Shown here: in pieces, positions 37,154 to 40,666 of the stretch | Layout of the letters: each line of letters starts with the position of its first letter | Numbering within the stretch: position 1 is the first letter of the stretch | The notes under the pieces: generated by a model | What the model was told of the DNA's origin: nothing | The model's input: the letters and a program-made list of their open reading frames with translations, nothing else | The model's database searches: none | Source: a virus | Lineage: Duplodnaviria > Caudoviricetes | Virus record (IMG/VR): IMGVR_UViG_3300005261_000054 | Coordinates: 1 to 40,666 of that record | DNA: 40,666 bases | Reading direction: 5' to 3' (one strand) | Translations under genes and position numbers: made by a program

Positions 37154-40100
37154 ATGACTGACAATAAACTGAATATCCAGATTACGGCGGAAGACCTGAC
37201 TACCGCCGTAATCAACGGCATCAATGCCGCCTTCGGCAAGATGGGTAACGATTTAAGAAAGATCACCCAGGAATCGCAACCGGCAAAGGCAGGCTTGGAT
37301 TCCCTTGCAGATTCTATCTGGAAAATCCCACTGGCGTTCAACCAGACGCTGGCCGCCGCCCAAACCCTGTGGCAGGGCCTCATGAATCTGGCCGAGCCCG
37401 CCATGCAAATGGACAAGCTCAACACCCAATTCAAGGCCGCCACCGGATCATCGGAAGCGGCGGCCCAAGGCATGCAATTCGTCCGCGAGGAGTCGGACCG
37501 GCTGGGGATGTCGTTTGCATCAACGGCGGAATCCACCTCCAAATTCATGGCGTCCACCCGGGGCACCGCGATTGAGGGCGAAAAATCACGGCAGGTATTG
37601 AACGGGGTGTTTGAGGCAACCACCGCGCTGAAGCTTTCCACCGAAGAGACCAACGGCATCCTGCTAGCTTTTTCCCAGATGATGGGCAAGGGCAAGATCA
37701 GCGCGGAAGAGTTGAATCAGGTGGGCGAACGCTTGCCCGGCGCGCTTGACGTAATGGCCAAGTCCATGGGCATGACCACCGCAGAATTCCGCAAGGCCGC
37801 CGAGGAAGGGCGGATCCTGTCGGCGGAACTGATGGAAAAGGTCGGCCCGGCATTGAGCAGTCTCTACAAGGATGCCGCCATGGAAGCGGCAAGCGGTCCG
37901 GCTGCCCAGTTGAACCGCTTGAAAAATGCCGTCTTTGAACTTGGCGCAGTAATCGGAGCCGGTCCCATGAAGGCGGTGGGTGACCTTGCCGGGATGCTGC
38001 AAAGTCTGGCATCGGCAGCGAAGGCGGGGCTTGCCTGGCTTAATCAGGAACAGGACGGCACGGCATTATCCGCCTTTGCCGCCGGTCTGTCCAATATATC
38101 CAGCGGCATAGGTTTTTTAGTCGATGCTCTGGCAACCGCCGCAATCGGTTACGCTGCCTATTCCGCCGCTGTCGCCCTTGCCGCAACCGCCACCGGAGAA
38201 TTTACCATTGCACTGCTTTCAAACCCGCTGGTGCTTGCCGGAGTCGCGGTCTTTACCGGTGTAGTAGCAGCCATCAAAGCCATTGCCGATGCTTTCGATG
38301 ATTCCGCCAAATCCGCCTCAAAATCCGGTAAGGCCATCAAGGAGAGCGTCGAAGAGCAGCGCAAGTCCGCCGCAGAACAGAAACAGCTTCAGGATGAATA
38401 CGACAAGGCGTTCGGCACAAACATCGACCGTCAACTTGCCAAGCGGGAACAGCAATACAAAGACGATCTGGACATGCTCGACAAGAAGCTGTCCAAAGAG
38501 CTGGCCCTGACCGGAAGCGATGAAGCGGCAAAACAAAAGCTGACGGAAAAGTACATCGGTGATCGTGTCAAGCTCAATGAGTTGTACTATCAGGATGCCG
38601 ACAAGATGCGCGATGCAGAGCGCAAAAAAGAGCAGGCTGCGTATGATGCGCGGATCAAGGATCACATCGCGTTTCTGAAGGCGACGGGGAAAGACAATGA
38701 TGCGGATGACCAGAGCTTTGCCCGTAAAAACCAGAAAGAGCGTCAGGAGGTGCTTGACTACTATGACAAGAAGGTTTCTGACGCAAAAGCCAACGGTCAG
38801 GTATTGATCGGTATTGAAGCCGAAAAGCAAGCCGCCATTGACGCCTTGCAAAAAGAGCAGTTTGCGGAAGCCGCCTGCCGCGGCCTGGATCGACAGAAAG
38901 AGGATGTGGATCTTGCCAAGAAAACAGCCGACGCCCAGATAGCGGAAATCAGGCGCAAGGTTCAGGAAGGGAAGATATCGGAAGAAGCGGGACAGGCTGA
39001 AATACTCAAGTCACAGCAGGATCTATTGCAGAAAGAACTGGAAATGGCGAAACAGCGGGCGGCCACGTACACGCCAGACAATGAGGGATACAAAAAATCC
39101 CTGGGCGAAATCGCAGCGGCAGAGGCGGCTTTGACCAACAATATCACCGAACAATCGAAGTTGAGAGAGATGGTTTGGAAAAACGAGATCGACAACCGGC
39201 TTGTTGCCGCTCAAAACAGTTATCAGGCAGACCTGAACAGCCTGCAACAGGCGGAAAACGACAAGACCGTCAGCACCCAGGAAGCGACCTTGCGCCGGTT
39301 GCAACTGGAACGGGAATACGCTGCGAAGGTCGCATCACTCCGCGCCCGGGAACTGTCTCAATACGATCCGCAAACCCAAACTAAGGAATATGAAGCGGCT
39401 CTTTCAGCCAAGCTGGATGCAGACAGAGCTTATCTCACTGCTCGACAGGCTGTCCTCAATGAGGAAGCTCGGCAGTTCGCGGAACAAACGCAGAAAAATA
39501 CCGAGGAAATACAAAAGCGAACAGACGCGGAAAGGGAATCGTTGCGACAGTCCCGCGAGTTTGCGGCCGGGTGGTTCGGCCTGTGGGACCAAGCGTACAA
39601 CAATGCGAGTGACAGCCTTCAAAAGCTGTCGGATGCCGCCTACAACACATTTGCCGCGACATATAAGCTTCCACAGAAAACGGCAGAATCACTGGAAACA
39701 CTGAAACAGAAGGCCGCCGAAGCATCTGAAAACTATGCCAAGTTGGAACTGGCGGCAGTGAGATCAGGTCAACGTGCGTACGGCACATGGGTAACCGCAT
39801 TTACGGCGCTGAACCGGATACCGGCGGAAGCGGAAAGAATAACGGCGGAATACTATAAACAGGCGGTTGCCGCCGAAGAGCTGGCCCAGGCGCTCGAAAA
39901 GCCCGAAAACCAAACGGCGCAATTCGCCCGGCAGACGGAAGGAGCTATCGACAACCTGAAGTTGCTGGATAACACCACCCTCGACAAACTGAAAAGCAGC
40001 GTCCAGAAAATCAAGGATGCCATGCAGGCGTTTACCGATTCGGTCAAGGATGGTCTCAAATCGCTTCAGGATGACTGGGACAACATGAGCATGTCGAAGC

Positions 40101-40666
40101 TGCAGCTTGAGGAAAAGCGTTATCAGGAGGAAAAGAAGAAGTGGCAGGAAGAGAGCGACAAAGCTCAAAGACAGCAGAACAGAGAGGCCATTGCCGCGCT
40201 GGCTGATCAACTCGCGCTGATCGAGAAAATCCATGCCGCGAAGGTCGCGGAGCTTAAAACCGATTCGGCCAACAGCACAGCACCCAGCATCCCCGGCATG
40301 GCCACCGGCGGCAATGTCGGGGGCAGCGGCACGGGAGATAATCAATTGCGCTGGCTTGATCCGAGGGAATGGGTTATCCGTCCCGAGGCCGTTTCTCACT
40401 GGGGGGATGGTGTTATGGCGGCGCTCAATGCTCCATGGAGCAATGCCGGTCAGCTTCTGGCGGATCGCATACATGGCTTAACCGTCCCGGCCATATCAGT
40501 CCCTGCTCCAAGGTTAGGCATGATCACCGGCGGGCCGGTCGGTAATCTGCAATCATCCGGCGCTAACGTCAGCAACCATTTTTACATTAATGAGCCGCTT
40601 ACTGAAACGGCGGTGCGACGGCAGGTCATTCCGGTGATTGAAAAATATGCCAGGTTAAAAAAATAG
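37154..40666 (+). CDS. Tail tape measure protein
   Basis: AFSQMMGKGKISAEELNQVGERLPG tape-measure domain, long coiled coil, ATGG...EWVIRPEAV C-terminus. Confidence 0.92.
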   Translation: MTDNKLNIQITAEDLTTAVINGINAAFGKMGNDLRKITQESQPAKAGLDSLADSIWKIPLAFNQTLAAAQTLWQGLMNLAEPAMQMDKLNTQFKAATGSSEAAAQGMQFVREESDRLGMSFASTAESTSKFMASTRGTAIEGEKSRQVLNGVFEATTALKLSTEETNGILLAFSQMMGKGKISAEELNQVGERLPGALDVMAKSMGMTTAEFRKAAEEGRILSAELMEKVGPALSSLYKDAAMEAASGPAAQLNRLKNAVFELGAVIGAGPMKAVGDLAGMLQSLASAAKAGLAWLNQEQDGTALSAFAAGLSNISSGIGFLVDALATAAIGYAAYSAAVALAATATGEFTIALLSNPLVLAGVAVFTGVVAAIKAIADAFDDSAKSASKSGKAIKESVEEQRKSAAEQKQLQDEYDKAFGTNIDRQLAKREQQYKDDLDMLDKKLSKELALTGSDEAAKQKLTEKYIGDRVKLNELYYQDADKMRDAERKKEQAAYDARIKDHIAFLKATGKDNDADDQSFARKNQKERQEVLDYYDKKVSDAKANGQVLIGIEAEKQAAIDALQKEQFAEAACRGLDRQKEDVDLAKKTADAQIAEIRRKVQEGKISEEAGQAEILKSQQDLLQKELEMAKQRAATYTPDNEGYKKSLGEIAAAEAALTNNITEQSKLREMVWKNEIDNRLVAAQNSYQADLNSLQQAENDKTVSTQEATLRRLQLEREYAAKVASLRARELSQYDPQTQTKEYEAALSAKLDADRAYLTARQAVLNEEARQFAEQTQKNTEEIQKRTDAERESLRQSREFAAGWFGLWDQAYNNASDSLQKLSDAAYNTFAATYKLPQKTAESLETLKQKAAEASENYAKLELAAVRSGQRAYGTWVTAFTALNRIPAEAERITAEYYKQAVAAEELAQALEKPENQTAQFARQTEGAIDNLKLLDNTTLDKLKSSVQKIKDAMQAFTDSVKDGLKSLQDDWDNMSMSKLQLEEKRYQEEKKKWQEESDKAQRQQNREAIAALADQLALIEKIHAAKVAELKTDSANSTAPSIPGMATGGNVGGSGTGDNQLRWLDPREWVIRPEAVSHWGDGVMAALNAPWSNAGQLLADRIHGLTVPAISVPAPRLGMITGGPVGNLQSSGANVSNHFYINEPLTETAVRRQVIPVIEKYARLKK

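Larger units (their letters stand above)
8366..40666 (+). mobile_element. Lambda-like (siphovirus) prophage, continuing past the right edge; left boundary approximate
   Basis: Repressor, primase, GpA terminase, lambda portal, S49 protease, gpD, gpE, tail tube, tape measure. Confidence 0.93.

Overview
The window has two parts. (1) 1-7955, minus strand, probably host chromosome: a secreted ~2500-aa teneurin-like/RHS-YD polymorphic-toxin-type protein with six PASTA repeats and NHL repeats. A c-di-GMP-I (GEMM-I) type riboswitch and terminator precede it, and a small membrane protein (candidate immunity) follows it. (2) ~8366-40666: a lambda-like siphovirus prophage with repressor/Cro switch, a lambda-type cos site, Toprim-SF3 primase/helicase with a converging-iteron origin, terS/terL (GpA), gpW, portal, S49 protease, gpD, gpE, and tail genes ending in the tape measure. 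No integrase or endolysin is visible. The most striking feature is a ~6.3 kb AT-rich block (17.2-23.5 kb) between terL/HTH and gpW. It holds about ten short antisense genes, nearly all preceded by a GTTRRRY-like core plus a conserved arm and, in four cases, a full imperfect hairpin. This looks like an integron-like attC cassette array without intI, carried inside a prophage. One cassette is split by an ISL3 element with an exact 8-bp target duplication. All calls are by eye from the sequence and ORF track; no searches were run.
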